From an uncultured Acidimicrobiia bacterium (GTDB lineage: Bacteria; Actinomycetota; Acidimicrobiia; Spongiisociales; JAENVV01), in assembly GCA_963847455.1 (NCBI GenBank), contig CAWKAG010000012.1, positions 6,156-70,155 on the forward strand: a DNA stretch of 64,000 nt. The letters run 5' to 3'. The notes beneath the pieces were generated by a model. The model was not told where the DNA came from. It saw nothing but the letters and a program-made list of their open reading frames with translations, and made no database searches. How positions within the stretch are numbered: the stretch's first letter is position 1; each line of letters begins with the position of its first letter. Below, piece after piece: positions 10,000 through 18,795 of the stretch. The position numbers were made by a program, and so were the translations under genes.

Positions 10000-10878
10000 T
10001 CAGACAGCCGGGATCAAATCGGGGGTCTGGTCCGAAGCGTTGGTCTGGATGATCGAGATCGCTCCGAGAATCATGACTCCGCCGATGATCTGCCCCAAAG
10101 TGAGCTGTTGAGCCAGGTACATCCAGGCAAGAATTGTTGCGACCAATGGCTCCCACGTCGCCGTAAGCCCGATGAGTGGAGCCGGGGCCATACCGAGTGC
10201 TTTGATTTCCAGAGCGAAGGGAAGAATGGTTCCGACCACCACCACTGCGGCCAGCTGCCACCAGCCAGTGCGGGAGATGTCGGTCGGGAAGGTCCAGATC
10301 GGGATAGCCGCAAGCCAGATCAGAGCGGCTACTCCAAATCCGTAGGCCATGATGGCGTATGAGCTCAGGTCCTTGCTGAGTTTCTCGGCCAGAGCCAGGT
10401 AAAACGCGAAGGAGATCGACGAAACGATCCCGGCCGCCAAGCCAGGGAGGTTCAGAGCGGCGCCGCTCCATGCCTGGGCGATCAGCGAAACTCCGATGAG
10501 CGCTGCGGCGGACGCCACCCACGCGGTTGGGGCAACACGATCACCCCGGACCCATCGGTTCCAGGCGAGCAGATAGACGGGTGCAATGAACTGGATTGTG
10601 GCTCCGGGTCCTACACCGATGAGGTCGATTGCCAGGTAGAACGAATAAGTGACCGTCGCGAGTGAGACGCCGAATGCGACGACGATCGGCCAGACTTTCC
10701 CCGGGAACTCTCGCTTCCAGAGCACATACGGCAAAAAGGCCATAGTGCCGCCGAGTGCTCGCACCTGGGCCACGCGCATCACCGGTATTTCGGCGAACAC
10801 GGCTGCTGCCAATGCTCCTGCGAGCCCCCACATCGTTGCGGCGACCAGTGCCAGAATGATGCCCGTACGAACTCGCAT
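10000..10878 (-). CDS. EamA/DMT-family transporter
   Basis: ORF 10000-10980, trimmed to MRVRTGIILALVAATMWGLAG... (ATG 10876-10878). About 10 hydrophobic helices form two EamA-like halves. Confidence 0.8.
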   Translation of the reverse strand: MRVRTGIILALVAATMWGLAGALAAAVFAEIPVMRVAQVRALGGTMAFLPYVLWKREFPGKVWPIVVAFGVSLATVTYSFYLAIDLIGVGPGATIQFIAPVYLLAWNRWVRGDRVAPTAWVASAAALIGVSLIAQAWSGAALNLPGLAAGIVSSISFAFYLALAEKLSKDLSSYAIMAYGFGVAALIWLAAIPIWTFPTDISRTGWWQLAAVVVVGTILPFALEIKALGMAPAPLIGLTATWEPLVATILAWMYLAQQLTLGQIIGGVMILGAISIIQTNASDQTPDLIPAV

Positions 10879-10957
10879 CGGATACAGAGTAGGTGATTGC
10901 ACGGTGGGTAGATTTCGTGCCCCGATCGACGGGTACCCTGGAATTTTGAGGAGGTAA

Positions 10958-12394
10958 GTGCTGGTGGCAGAGGATCTCAAGCTCTATTTGGCCGGCGAGT
11001 GGGTTGAGGGGACAAGCGGCGAACAGTATGAACTCATGTCGCCGGTGACCGGCGAACACATCGCCAATGTGCCGGTCGCCAGCCAGGCCGATATCGACCG
11101 GGCCGTTCTGGCCGCTCGCCAGGCCCAGGACGAGTACCGGCACTGGTCGGCATTTGAGCGAGCGGACCTGTGCTTGCGGGTCGCTGCTGAAATTGAACCG
11201 CTGATTAGCGAGATTGCCCGGATCCAGACCCTTGAGCAAGGCAAGCCCTATCACTCCGAATCCTTAGAAGACATAACCGAGGCGAATCAGTATTTCTACA
11301 ACGCTGCCGAGGATGTCAAGCGACTGATGGGCGACGTCATTCCGACCTCGTCTCGCACGAAGCGCATGTTTACGTTCCGTCGACCGGTCGGGGTGTGGGC
11401 AGCCATTACGCCATGGAACTTCCCGGTGACCATCCCGCTTGAGTACATCGGACCCGGGTTGGCCACCGGTAACGCAGTCATCACCAAACCGCCGTTCCAT
11501 ACGTCGTGGGGCTTGTTGAAACTTGCAGAGGCGTTCGATGCAGCCGGGGTTCCCAAGGGACTCCTGTCGATCATTCCTGGTGCGGGGGCCATTGGCGAAG
11601 CCCTCGTTACCCATGACGGCGTCGACGCAATCGGGTTCACGGGGTCGTCAGAGACTGGCCGCAAGATCATCTCGCAAATGGGCATAAAGCGCTCGATCAT
11701 GGAGATGTCAGGCAACGGCCCAACGATCGTTACCGCTGACGCCGACGTGGTGGCGGCGGCAGAAGCTGCTGTCTACGGGACCTATTACAACGCCGGTCAG
11801 GTGTGCTGTGCGACGGAGCGAGTGATCGTTGTCGACGAAGTGCACGATGAGTTCGTTGCCGCCAGCCTGGAGGCAGCCAAACTGGTGAAACTCGGGGATC
11901 CGTTCGACGAAACCACCAACATGGGCCCTCTCAACAACGAGCCGACTGCCGCCAAGATGGACCGGCACATTGCTGACGCTCGTTCGCGCGGCGGAGAAGT
12001 CCTCGTCGGCGGTAGTCGAGCCAGTGGCTTCCCAACCGGTCTGTATTACGAGTTCACCGTGATCGATCGGGTGCCTGAATCCAGCGACGTTTCAAAGGAG
12101 GAATCGTTCGGTCCGGTGATGCCGATCTTGTCCGCGAAGTCCGACGAGGAGGCTGTGGGGCTAGCCAATCGATCGAATCTCGGGCTCCAGGCTGCCGTGT
12201 TTACCAACTCGCTACAGAAAGCGTTCTGGTATGCCGACCGGATTCGCTCCGGCACGGTCGTGGTTAACGACTCGACAGACTTCTGGGAGACATTTCAACC
12301 GTTCGGGGGAGCGGCCGGCACGGACACCGGCTGGGGGCGAGGGTCGATTGAAGAATTCACCGATCTTCAGACCCTCGTCATCGACATCGGCTGA
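10958..12394 (+). CDS. Aldehyde dehydrogenase family protein
   Basis: GTG start. ALDH motifs are present: FTGSSETGRKI, EMSGNGPTIV, catalytic Cys in GQVCCATERVIV, and EESFGPV. Confidence 0.9.
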   Translation: MLVAEDLKLYLAGEWVEGTSGEQYELMSPVTGEHIANVPVASQADIDRAVLAARQAQDEYRHWSAFERADLCLRVAAEIEPLISEIARIQTLEQGKPYHSESLEDITEANQYFYNAAEDVKRLMGDVIPTSSRTKRMFTFRRPVGVWAAITPWNFPVTIPLEYIGPGLATGNAVITKPPFHTSWGLLKLAEAFDAAGVPKGLLSIIPGAGAIGEALVTHDGVDAIGFTGSSETGRKIISQMGIKRSIMEMSGNGPTIVTADADVVAAAEAAVYGTYYNAGQVCCATERVIVVDEVHDEFVAASLEAAKLVKLGDPFDETTNMGPLNNEPTAAKMDRHIADARSRGGEVLVGGSRASGFPTGLYYEFTVIDRVPESSDVSKEESFGPVMPILSAKSDEEAVGLANRSNLGLQAAVFTNSLQKAFWYADRIRSGTVVVNDSTDFWETFQPFGGAAGTDTGWGRGSIEEFTDLQTLVIDIG

Positions 12395-12412
12395 ATTTCG
12401 GAACGAGCCTCG

Positions 12413-14050
12413 TTATGACTTGTGTCGGTAGAACCCGGCCTCCGATGGCGGCAGTGGGTCATTGCCGAGGATCAAGTCCGCGGCCTTTTCCGCCAGCATC
12501 ATGACCGGCGCATAGATGTTGCCGTTGGTGACGTAGGGCATTACCGATGCGTCGACGACGCGTACGCCTTCCACGCCTTTGACCTTCATCGTGAGTGGAT
12601 CGACAACGGCGTCTGGCCCCGTTCCCATTTTCGCCGTGCCGCACGGATGGAGGGCGGTTTCGGCGTCGTGCCGAACCCATTCAAGAATCTCCTCGTCGGT
12701 TGATACCGTGGGGCCTGGGGATAGTTCGCCGCCGTTGAAAGGGTCGAAGGCAGGTTGGGTCAAGATGGACCGGGCGGCACGAACTGCCTCTTTCCACTCG
12801 CGCCGATCCTGGTCGGTCGATAGGTAGTTGAACCGCAAGGCTGGTTTGTCTTTGGGGTCGGTTGATTTGATCTTCACCGACCCGCGCGCATCAGAGAACA
12901 TGGGTCCGATGTGGACCTGGTAGCCGTGGCCCTTGGTTGGCACGGTTCCGTCATACCGGATCGCGATGGGCAGGAAGTGGAACATCAGATTCGGCCACTC
13001 GACCTCGTCGTTGGAACGAATGAAGCCGCCCGCCTCGAAGTGATTGGTTGCCGCCGCCCCCTTGCGTCGGAACAGCCAGTCAAAGCCGATCTTGGGTCGG
13101 CGCCACCAGTCAAGGGCCGGCGACATGGATACGGGTTGGGTGCAGGCGTACTGGATGTATACCTCAAGATGATCTTGCAGGTTTTCGCCAACGCCTGGTA
13201 CGTCGGCAACAACCGGGATCCCCAACTCCTCCAGGTCGGCCGGGTTCCCGATCCCGGACAGTTGCAGGAGTTGCGGCGTATTGATGGACCCCGCCGAGCA
13301 GATAACTTCCCGGGCCGGCGCGAAGTGCTGTTTGCCGGCCTTGGTGTACTCGACGCCAACGGCGGTCGTACCCTCAAAACGGATCTTCGTGGTCATGGCC
13401 CTGGTGACGATGGTCAGGTTGGGTCGGTCCATCACCGGATGCAGATAAGCCCGGGCTGCTGAAAGCCTGCGACCACGGTGGATGTTGCGATCGAACCTCG
13501 CAAAGCCCTCCTGCCGGTAACCGTTGACGTCATCCGTCAGTGGATACCCGGCTTGAACTACCGCATCGAAGAAGGCATCGAACAGGGGGTTGACTGCCGG
13601 GCCGCGTTCCATCGCGAGGGGACCGTCGTCGCCGCGCCAGTCGTCGCCGCCTGCCAGGCAGTTTTCCATCCGCTTGAAGTAGGGAAGGCAGTGGGAGTAG
13701 TCCCAGCTCTCCATGCCCGGGTCGGCCGCCCATCGCTCGTAGTCCATCGCGTTGCCACGTTGAAAGATCATCCCGTTGATGCTGCTCGATCCGCCCAGCA
13801 CCTTGCCGCGGGCGTGATAGACACGGCGGCCGCCCATCTCCGGTTCGGGTTCGGACTCGTACTTCCAGTCATACAGTCGGTTGCCGATCGGGATTGAGAA
13901 GGCTCCCGGCATGTGGATAAAGATGTCCCACTTACGATCCGGACGTCCAGCTTCAAGGACGAGTACCTGGTGGTCCGGGTTGGCGCTCAGTCGATTGGCA
14001 AGCGCCGACCCGGCCGAACCGCCGCCGACAATCACATAGTCATAGGTCAT
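12413..14050 (-). CDS. GMC-family FAD oxidoreductase (choline dehydrogenase-like)
   Basis: N-terminal [22 protein letters not shown] (GxGxxG), [11 protein letters not shown], and a C-terminal GMC signature region (...HPCGTAKMG...VVDASVMP). It is convergent with the ALDH at 10958-12394. Confidence 0.9.
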   Translation of the reverse strand: MTYDYVIVGGGSAGSALANRLSANPDHQVLVLEAGRPDRKWDIFIHMPGAFSIPIGNRLYDWKYESEPEPEMGGRRVYHARGKVLGGSSSINGMIFQRGNAMDYERWAADPGMESWDYSHCLPYFKRMENCLAGGDDWRGDDGPLAMERGPAVNPLFDAFFDAVVQAGYPLTDDVNGYRQEGFARFDRNIHRGRRLSAARAYLHPVMDRPNLTIVTRAMTTKIRFEGTTAVGVEYTKAGKQHFAPAREVICSAGSINTPQLLQLSGIGNPADLEELGIPVVADVPGVGENLQDHLEVYIQYACTQPVSMSPALDWWRRPKIGFDWLFRRKGAAATNHFEAGGFIRSNDEVEWPNLMFHFLPIAIRYDGTVPTKGHGYQVHIGPMFSDARGSVKIKSTDPKDKPALRFNYLSTDQDRREWKEAVRAARSILTQPAFDPFNGGELSPGPTVSTDEEILEWVRHDAETALHPCGTAKMGTGPDAVVDPLTMKVKGVEGVRVVDASVMPYVTNGNIYAPVMMLAEKAADLILGNDPLPPSEAGFYRHKS

Positions 14051-14248
14051 AGTTGCTCCGGCCGAGGATATCGTCGAGACCCTATCAGTCTTCGGTGTTT
14101 CGAGGCCATCAACGACCGTTATGAAGCTCGAAGGTTGCGCCGATTTGGGTTGTTGAACGTTGAGCGCCGCGACGTCACCACGACGCCGAGGATTCTTGGT
14201 CGGAGTCGCGAATCTCTATGCGATCGAGGGATCGAGCCAGGACAATCG

Positions 14249-14277
14249 TTGACGATCACACGTTGATCGTGTATAAA
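14249..14277 (+). promoter_or_regulatory. Sigma-70/SigA-type promoter, probable leaderless transcript
   Basis: TTGACG (14249-14254), a 17-nt spacer, then TATAAA (14272-14277). The ATG of the next gene is only 6 nt after the -10 element and has no Shine-Dalgarno sequence. The spacer contains the inverted repeat GATCA-cacgt-TGATC. Confidence 0.5.
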
Positions 14278-14283
14278 CTTATC

Positions 14284-14478
14284 ATGAAGCAGATCAGCAT
14301 CCAGATCACCAACGAAACTGCCCGCCAAATCGCCGATCTCGCCGTGCTCTGGGGCTTGCCGAAGCAACGTCACAACACATCAGTGATCGAGCGGACTGTG
14401 GCGACGATCTACATGCTCGAAATCGGATACGACGAGTATCGGCAACGGTACGAAGCGCTCACCCAGGAGGAGCAATGA
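14284..14478 (+). CDS. Small ribbon-helix-helix-like protein (64 aa)
   Basis: Part of ORF 14218-14478. I prefer the start at ATG 14284 (MKQISIQITNETARQIADLAVLWG...NTSVIERTVATIYMLE). The pattern is beta-strand, helix, helix, as in CopG/Arc-type RHH proteins. The stop overlaps the next ATG as ATGA. Confidence 0.5.
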   Translation: MKQISIQITNETARQIADLAVLWGLPKQRHNTSVIERTVATIYMLEIGYDEYRQRYEALTQEEQ

Positions 14479-14766
14479 CATCGACCGTCGATAGCGTGGA
14501 GTTGTTCCGAACGCTTGAACAAGCTCTGAGAGCCGGCTTCAGTTTGCGCCAGGGGTTGGCGAGGGCAGCCCACGACTTTGACGATGCGCAGTTGACGGCC
14601 GTCGCGACCGGCGATGAAGGGTGCCCCGTTGACGAGCCTGTTCACTGGTTGGGATGACCCCGATATTGACTTGCTGGCGGGCGCGGTGCAGCTTCAGATC
14701 GAGGCGGGGGCGAACCTCGCCGATACGCTTTCTGTGCTCCACCTCGTTATGGTCCGGCGACCCTGA
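14475..14766 (+). pseudogene. T2SSF/TadB-like domain fragment without TM segments; frame broken once
   Basis: A strong RBS (GGAGGAG) precedes ATG 14475. Frame 0 reads VELFRTLEQALRAGFSLRQGLARAA... and frame +1 (to TGA 14764-14766) reads ...LFTGWDDPDIDLLAGAVQLQIEAGANLADTLSVLHLVMVRR. Together these resemble the cytoplasmic helical T2SSF domain of TadB/TadC/GspF. No hydrophobic segments are present. Confidence 0.5.
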
Positions 14767-14965
14767 CCGCCGGTGATCGGCTCAGCGCATCGGGACTTCG
14801 TTGGGAAGTGTGATCTGCCTAATCTCGTCAGTCGATGACATGGACCATGATTCGGACTGGTATGTGGGCGACTTTCTACCTTGCATTTGGGGGCTCCTTG
14901 AGACGGGGCGAGTTCGTGCACAACCTCCCCGGGCAGCTCCGTGATTGGCGCATGTTCGTGACACC

Positions 14966-15688
14966 ATGATCGTATCTGGCGGGCAAGCCACGTTCGACGT
15001 CGACGCCATTGTCTTCGACAAGGATGGGACGCTCATCGACCTCGACAGTACGTGGTTTGGAATCACCGAGGCTTGGATCGAGGCGGTCGCAGTCGAACCC
15101 GGCGAGATCGAAATCTTGAAACAGTCCCTCGGCCTCGACAACCGGGGGTTCCTGATACCGGGCGGCGTGGCCGCTACCGGTACCTTCCGGGAGATCGAGC
15201 ACGCCACCCGGCACACCCTGGGTGCCAACACGTCAACTATCGACGACCGGCTCGAAGCAGCCCGTGAGATAGTCGCCAGGGCGATCCCCAACTTGCCGGT
15301 CCATCCGATCGGCGACGTTCGCGCCACGATGCGCCGATTGGCCGAGCATGGGCTGGTTCTCTGTGTGGCTTCGAGCGACGACGAAGCAACGATTGTGCGG
15401 CATCTCGATCAGCTGCAGATCGCGGAGTTTGTTTCGGCGCTGATCGGGGGAGACGGACCGGTGACGCCCAAGCCCCATCCAGCCAGCTTGTGGTACCTCA
15501 GCGAGCAGGTCGATATCGCCACAGAACGAATGCTGATGGTTGGCGACTCATTCACTGATCTTGGCGCAGCCCGAGGCGCCGGGGCGGCTGGGATCCTGGC
15601 GGTCGCGCCTCGCCACCATCCGAGCCCGATCGAAGAGCTCTCCGACGGACTCATTGGTTCGATTCAAGAAATCGTCGTGACCGGCTGA
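14966..15688 (+). CDS. HAD-superfamily hydrolase (phosphatase-like)
   Basis: ORF 14945-15688 has a TTG start, and an ATG lies at 14966. HAD motif I is VFDKDGTLID and motif IV is MVGDSFTDLGAARGAGA. Confidence 0.8.
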   Translation: MIVSGGQATFDVDAIVFDKDGTLIDLDSTWFGITEAWIEAVAVEPGEIEILKQSLGLDNRGFLIPGGVAATGTFREIEHATRHTLGANTSTIDDRLEAAREIVARAIPNLPVHPIGDVRATMRRLAEHGLVLCVASSDDEATIVRHLDQLQIAEFVSALIGGDGPVTPKPHPASLWYLSEQVDIATERMLMVGDSFTDLGAARGAGAAGILAVAPRHHPSPIEELSDGLIGSIQEIVVTG

Positions 15689-16281
15689 GCGGTTACGGCT
15701 CCCGAGGTTGCTTCGCGTATCGCGTCCACAAACTCGATGGCCGATCCGGCCCGGACCGATGCGACCACACGAACTTCTTCTCCGTAGTCAGACTCGACGA
15801 TTGACGCTGCAAAGGTGGCCAGCACCCGGGTGATTGGTGATGAGAGTCCGTAGGGATACACGAGTTCCAACTCGCTCAGGATCGGTCGGCTCACGATGGT
15901 GGCGGCTTTGAGCACCCCTGCCGCTGCGCCGCCATACGCCCGGATCAGGCCGCCAGTTCCCAGGTTGGTTCCGCCGTAGTACCGGGTGACGACGACAACG
16001 ATGTCGTGCAGATCGGCTCCCTGAATCCTGCGCAGAATTGGCGGCCCGGCCGTCCCACCCGGTTCGCCATCATCAGAGCTTCGCTCCCGCCCGTCACTCA
16101 GCCGATACGCCCAGCAGTGGTGTGTCGCCCCCGGTTCTTGCTGCTTGATGGAATCCACCAACGCCAGGCACTCCTGCTCGTTGGTCGCCGGTGCTGCATC
16201 AGCGATAAACCGAGAGCCATTGATCTTGTCGATCTCGTGACGAGTCGGCCGTTCGATCGTTTGGATCTCGTCGTTGTTCAT
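15664..16281 (-). CDS. YigZ/IMPACT-family protein (UPF0029)
   Basis: KINGSRFIADAAP...HHCWAYRL...DDGEPGGTAGPPIL...VVVTRYYGGTNLGTGGLIRAYG. These are typical IMPACT N-terminal domain motifs. Confidence 0.85.
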   Translation of the reverse strand: MNNDEIQTIERPTRHEIDKINGSRFIADAAPATNEQECLALVDSIKQQEPGATHHCWAYRLSDGRERSSDDGEPGGTAGPPILRRIQGADLHDIVVVVTRYYGGTNLGTGGLIRAYGGAAAGVLKAATIVSRPILSELELVYPYGLSSPITRVLATFAASIVESDYGEEVRVVASVRAGSAIEFVDAIREATSGAVTAQPVTTIS

Positions 16282-16364
16282 CTGGTGGAACGTTAGCGAT
16301 GGGTGCGGTTCCTACTGGCCGGGGATGTGCTTCGTCTATGTTGGTGCACAGCGAGGAGGGCTAC

Positions 16365-16856
16365 ATGGTCAAGTTTTCCGACGGCCCGGAGATCGAAGTT
16401 GTGGTGGATATTGCGGCCGCACCGGAACGGGTTTGGGAACTCATCTCGGACATCAATCTGCCAGCACGGTTTCAGAACGAGTTCAAACGGGCCGAGTGGG
16501 TGACTGAAGGTCCCGCTCTCGGAGCCGAGTTCACGGGCTACAACGAACGTAAGGGCTTCGAGTGGGACACCTCATCGTGGGTCGTTGAGTACGAACCGTT
16601 GCAGTCGTTCGGGTGGGCCGTATCCGATCCGGTGAACCCGGGAGCCACCTGGACCTATCGGCTGGCTGAAACTGCTGTCGGCTGCCGCTTGGTCTTTCAT
16701 CGACGCCTCGGTCCTGGCCCCAGCGGAATCACCTCGATCATTGGCAGGCATCCCGAAGATGAGGAAGCGATCATCGCGGCGCGTGACGCTGAGCAGACTC
16801 GCAACATGCAGGGTGTCGTCGACGGGATAAAGCATCTCGCCGAAACGCCTGATTGA
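16365..16856 (+). CDS. SRPBCC-family protein (polyketide cyclase/START-like)
   Basis: ORF 16299-16856, trimmed to ATG 16365, which is preceded by GAGGAGGG. IEVVVDIAAAPERVWELISDINLPARF is a typical SRPBCC N-terminus. Confidence 0.75.
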   Translation: MVKFSDGPEIEVVVDIAAAPERVWELISDINLPARFQNEFKRAEWVTEGPALGAEFTGYNERKGFEWDTSSWVVEYEPLQSFGWAVSDPVNPGATWTYRLAETAVGCRLVFHRRLGPGPSGITSIIGRHPEDEEAIIAARDAEQTRNMQGVVDGIKHLAETPD

Positions 16857-16863
16857 TCGGGCG

Positions 16864-18291
16864 TTAGGCGTTCGCCCCGAAGATCGACTTGACCTCGAGG
16901 AACTCCTCGAAGCCATGCTCGCCCCACTCGCGGCCATTGCCGGACTGTTTGTAGCCGCCGAACGGCGCATTCGGGTCGCCTAGGGCTCCGTTCACGTGAA
17001 CCATTCCGGTCCGGATCTGGCGGGCAACCCTGCGAGCCCGGTCCTGGTCGCCCGACGACACATAGCCGGACAACCCGTACTGGGTGTCGTTGGCGATGCG
17101 AATCGCATCAGCTTCGTCCTCGTAGCCGATGATGGAGACGACAGGGCCGAAGATCTCCTCCCGGGCAATGGTCATGTCGTTCGTCACGTTGGCAAACACG
17201 GTTGGCTTGATGAAGTAGCCGCGATCGTGGCCCTCGGCACGGCCCGTGCCACCGGTCACGAGTTCGGCACCTTCGGCGATGCCCGTTTCGATCAATGCCT
17301 GGATCTTGTTGTATTGCGCCTCGGAAACCACCGGACCGATCGCCGTGGCCTCGTCGCCGGGATGGCCAACCACGATGTTTTCTGCCGCTGCTTTGGCGTA
17401 GCCGGCAGCTTCGGCCATCCGGGCCTGCGGCACGAGGATCCTCGTTCCGGCATTGCACGACTGACCCGAGTTACGGCACATACCCTTGACGTCACGGGCA
17501 ATGACAGCTCCCAGGTCGGCGTCGTCGAGGACGATATTTGCCGACTTGCCCCCGAGTTCCTGGGCAACTCGCTTCACCGTCGGAGCCGCGTTCTTGGCGA
17601 CTTCGACACCGGCGCGGGTGGAGCCAGTGAACGAAACCATGTCGACCTCAGGATGCGAAGAGAGTGGAACCCCGACGTTGATTCCGTCGCCCTGGATGAG
17701 GTTGAAGACCCCGGCCGGCACACCGGCTTCGTCGAGGATCTCGGCGAAGATGATGGCGTTCAAGGGAGCCAGTTCCGAAGGTTTCAGGACCATCGTGCAG
17801 CCTGCCGCCAGGGCCGGTGCGACCTTCGTAGCGATCTGGTTGAGCGGCCAGTTCCACGGTGTGATCAAGGCACAAACCCCGACCGGTTCTTTGACCACGA
17901 GCGTCGTGCCGATCTCCTCTTCGAACTCATAGCTCTCGAGTACCCGGCGCACGGTCTTGAAGTGGTTCAAACCAGACGGCACTTGAGCCCGCGATGAAAG
18001 GGAAAACGGTGCGCCCATCTCGTCGCTGACCGCCGAGATGAGGTCATCCATGCGGGTCTTGTACACCGAGATTATTGAATCGAGGAGCTCCATGCGCTCC
18101 TCCCGGGTGGTCTCTCCATAGGTTGCGAAAGCGGCTCTGGCTGCGGTGACCGCTGCGTCGACGTCGGCCGGTCCGCCCATGGCGATGGTGGTGAGGACCT
18201 CTTCCGTCGCCGGGTTGATGACTTCGAGGGTTGTCGTGGCCGAGGGCGCCACCCACTGGCCATTGATGTAGAACTCGTGTTTGTGCTGCAT
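16864..18291 (-). CDS. NAD(P)-dependent aldehyde dehydrogenase
   Basis: ORF 16864-18519, trimmed to MQHKHEFYINGQWVAP (ATG 18289-18291). The upstream extension is just the translated intergenic repeat. Motifs: FTGSTRAG, ELGGKSANIV, catalytic Cys in GQSCNAGTRILV, EEIFGPV. Confidence 0.9.
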   Translation of the reverse strand: MQHKHEFYINGQWVAPSATTTLEVINPATEEVLTTIAMGGPADVDAAVTAARAAFATYGETTREERMELLDSIISVYKTRMDDLISAVSDEMGAPFSLSSRAQVPSGLNHFKTVRRVLESYEFEEEIGTTLVVKEPVGVCALITPWNWPLNQIATKVAPALAAGCTMVLKPSELAPLNAIIFAEILDEAGVPAGVFNLIQGDGINVGVPLSSHPEVDMVSFTGSTRAGVEVAKNAAPTVKRVAQELGGKSANIVLDDADLGAVIARDVKGMCRNSGQSCNAGTRILVPQARMAEAAGYAKAAAENIVVGHPGDEATAIGPVVSEAQYNKIQALIETGIAEGAELVTGGTGRAEGHDRGYFIKPTVFANVTNDMTIAREEIFGPVVSIIGYEDEADAIRIANDTQYGLSGYVSSGDQDRARRVARQIRTGMVHVNGALGDPNAPFGGYKQSGNGREWGEHGFEEFLEVKSIFGANA

Positions 18292-18342
18292 ATCCGGAAT
18301 CGTAGCGTCAAGTTGACCGCTCAGTTCCCCCCTTTTCACGGG

Positions 18343-18461
18343 ACGAGTGTGCTTACGGTTCGCTATATCGAGCCTGGATGCACACTCGTTGGGAACCGTC
18401 CGGGACCGAACCAGACGAGTGTGCTTACGGTTCGCTATATCGAGCCTGGATGCACACTCGT
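18343..18461 (-). repeat. Tandem pair of identical 47-nt hairpin-ended intergenic elements (18343-18389, 18415-18461)
   Basis: Two identical copies of acgagtgtgcttacggttcgctatatcgagcctggatgcacactcgt, with a 72-nt period. Each is bounded by the perfect 10-bp inverted repeat ACGAGTGTGC/GCACACTCGT. The same family occurs at 46899-47005. Confidence 0.9.
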
Positions 18462-18473
18462 CGCAGAAGGGGG

Positions 18474-18791
18474 TTACTTCTTGTTGGCGTTGGCTACCGC
18501 GACTGCACGTCTTGCCCAAGACAGGAGTTCCGCAGGGTCACCCATGACGCCTGAGGGAACCAACCAGTAAGGCATGCCGTGCTTATGTGATCCGGCGGCC
18601 TCGAAGATCGCGTCCGTGGTCTCGTCCGACCTGAGAAAGACGGCGCCTTGTTTGTCGATGATTGTGAACATCACCCCATCGCAGAAGAGTCCGATGCCTC
18701 CGAACATGCGCTTGAACGTCACCTGCCCGAGCGGAGTCCATTCCTCAGTGAGTACGTCGGCAACTTCGGCAGGAGTTCCAGCAATGCGCAT
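18474..18791 (-). CDS. TfoX N-terminal domain protein
   Basis: FKRMFGGIGLFCDGVMFTIIDKQGAVFLR and ...MPYWLVP... match the TfoX_N pattern. Confidence 0.8.
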   Translation of the reverse strand: MRIAGTPAEVADVLTEEWTPLGQVTFKRMFGGIGLFCDGVMFTIIDKQGAVFLRSDETTDAIFEAAGSHKHGMPYWLVPSGVMGDPAELLSWARRAVAVANANKK

Positions 18792-18795
18792 GCCA

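Noticed and set aside
18343-18461. The 47-nt direct repeats (here and at 46899-47005) as a miniature CRISPR array.
   Set aside because: Each locus has only two units. The 'spacers' are 25 and 13 nt, far too short and unequal. There are no cas genes in the window. The units have long terminal inverted repeats unlike typical CRISPR repeats.
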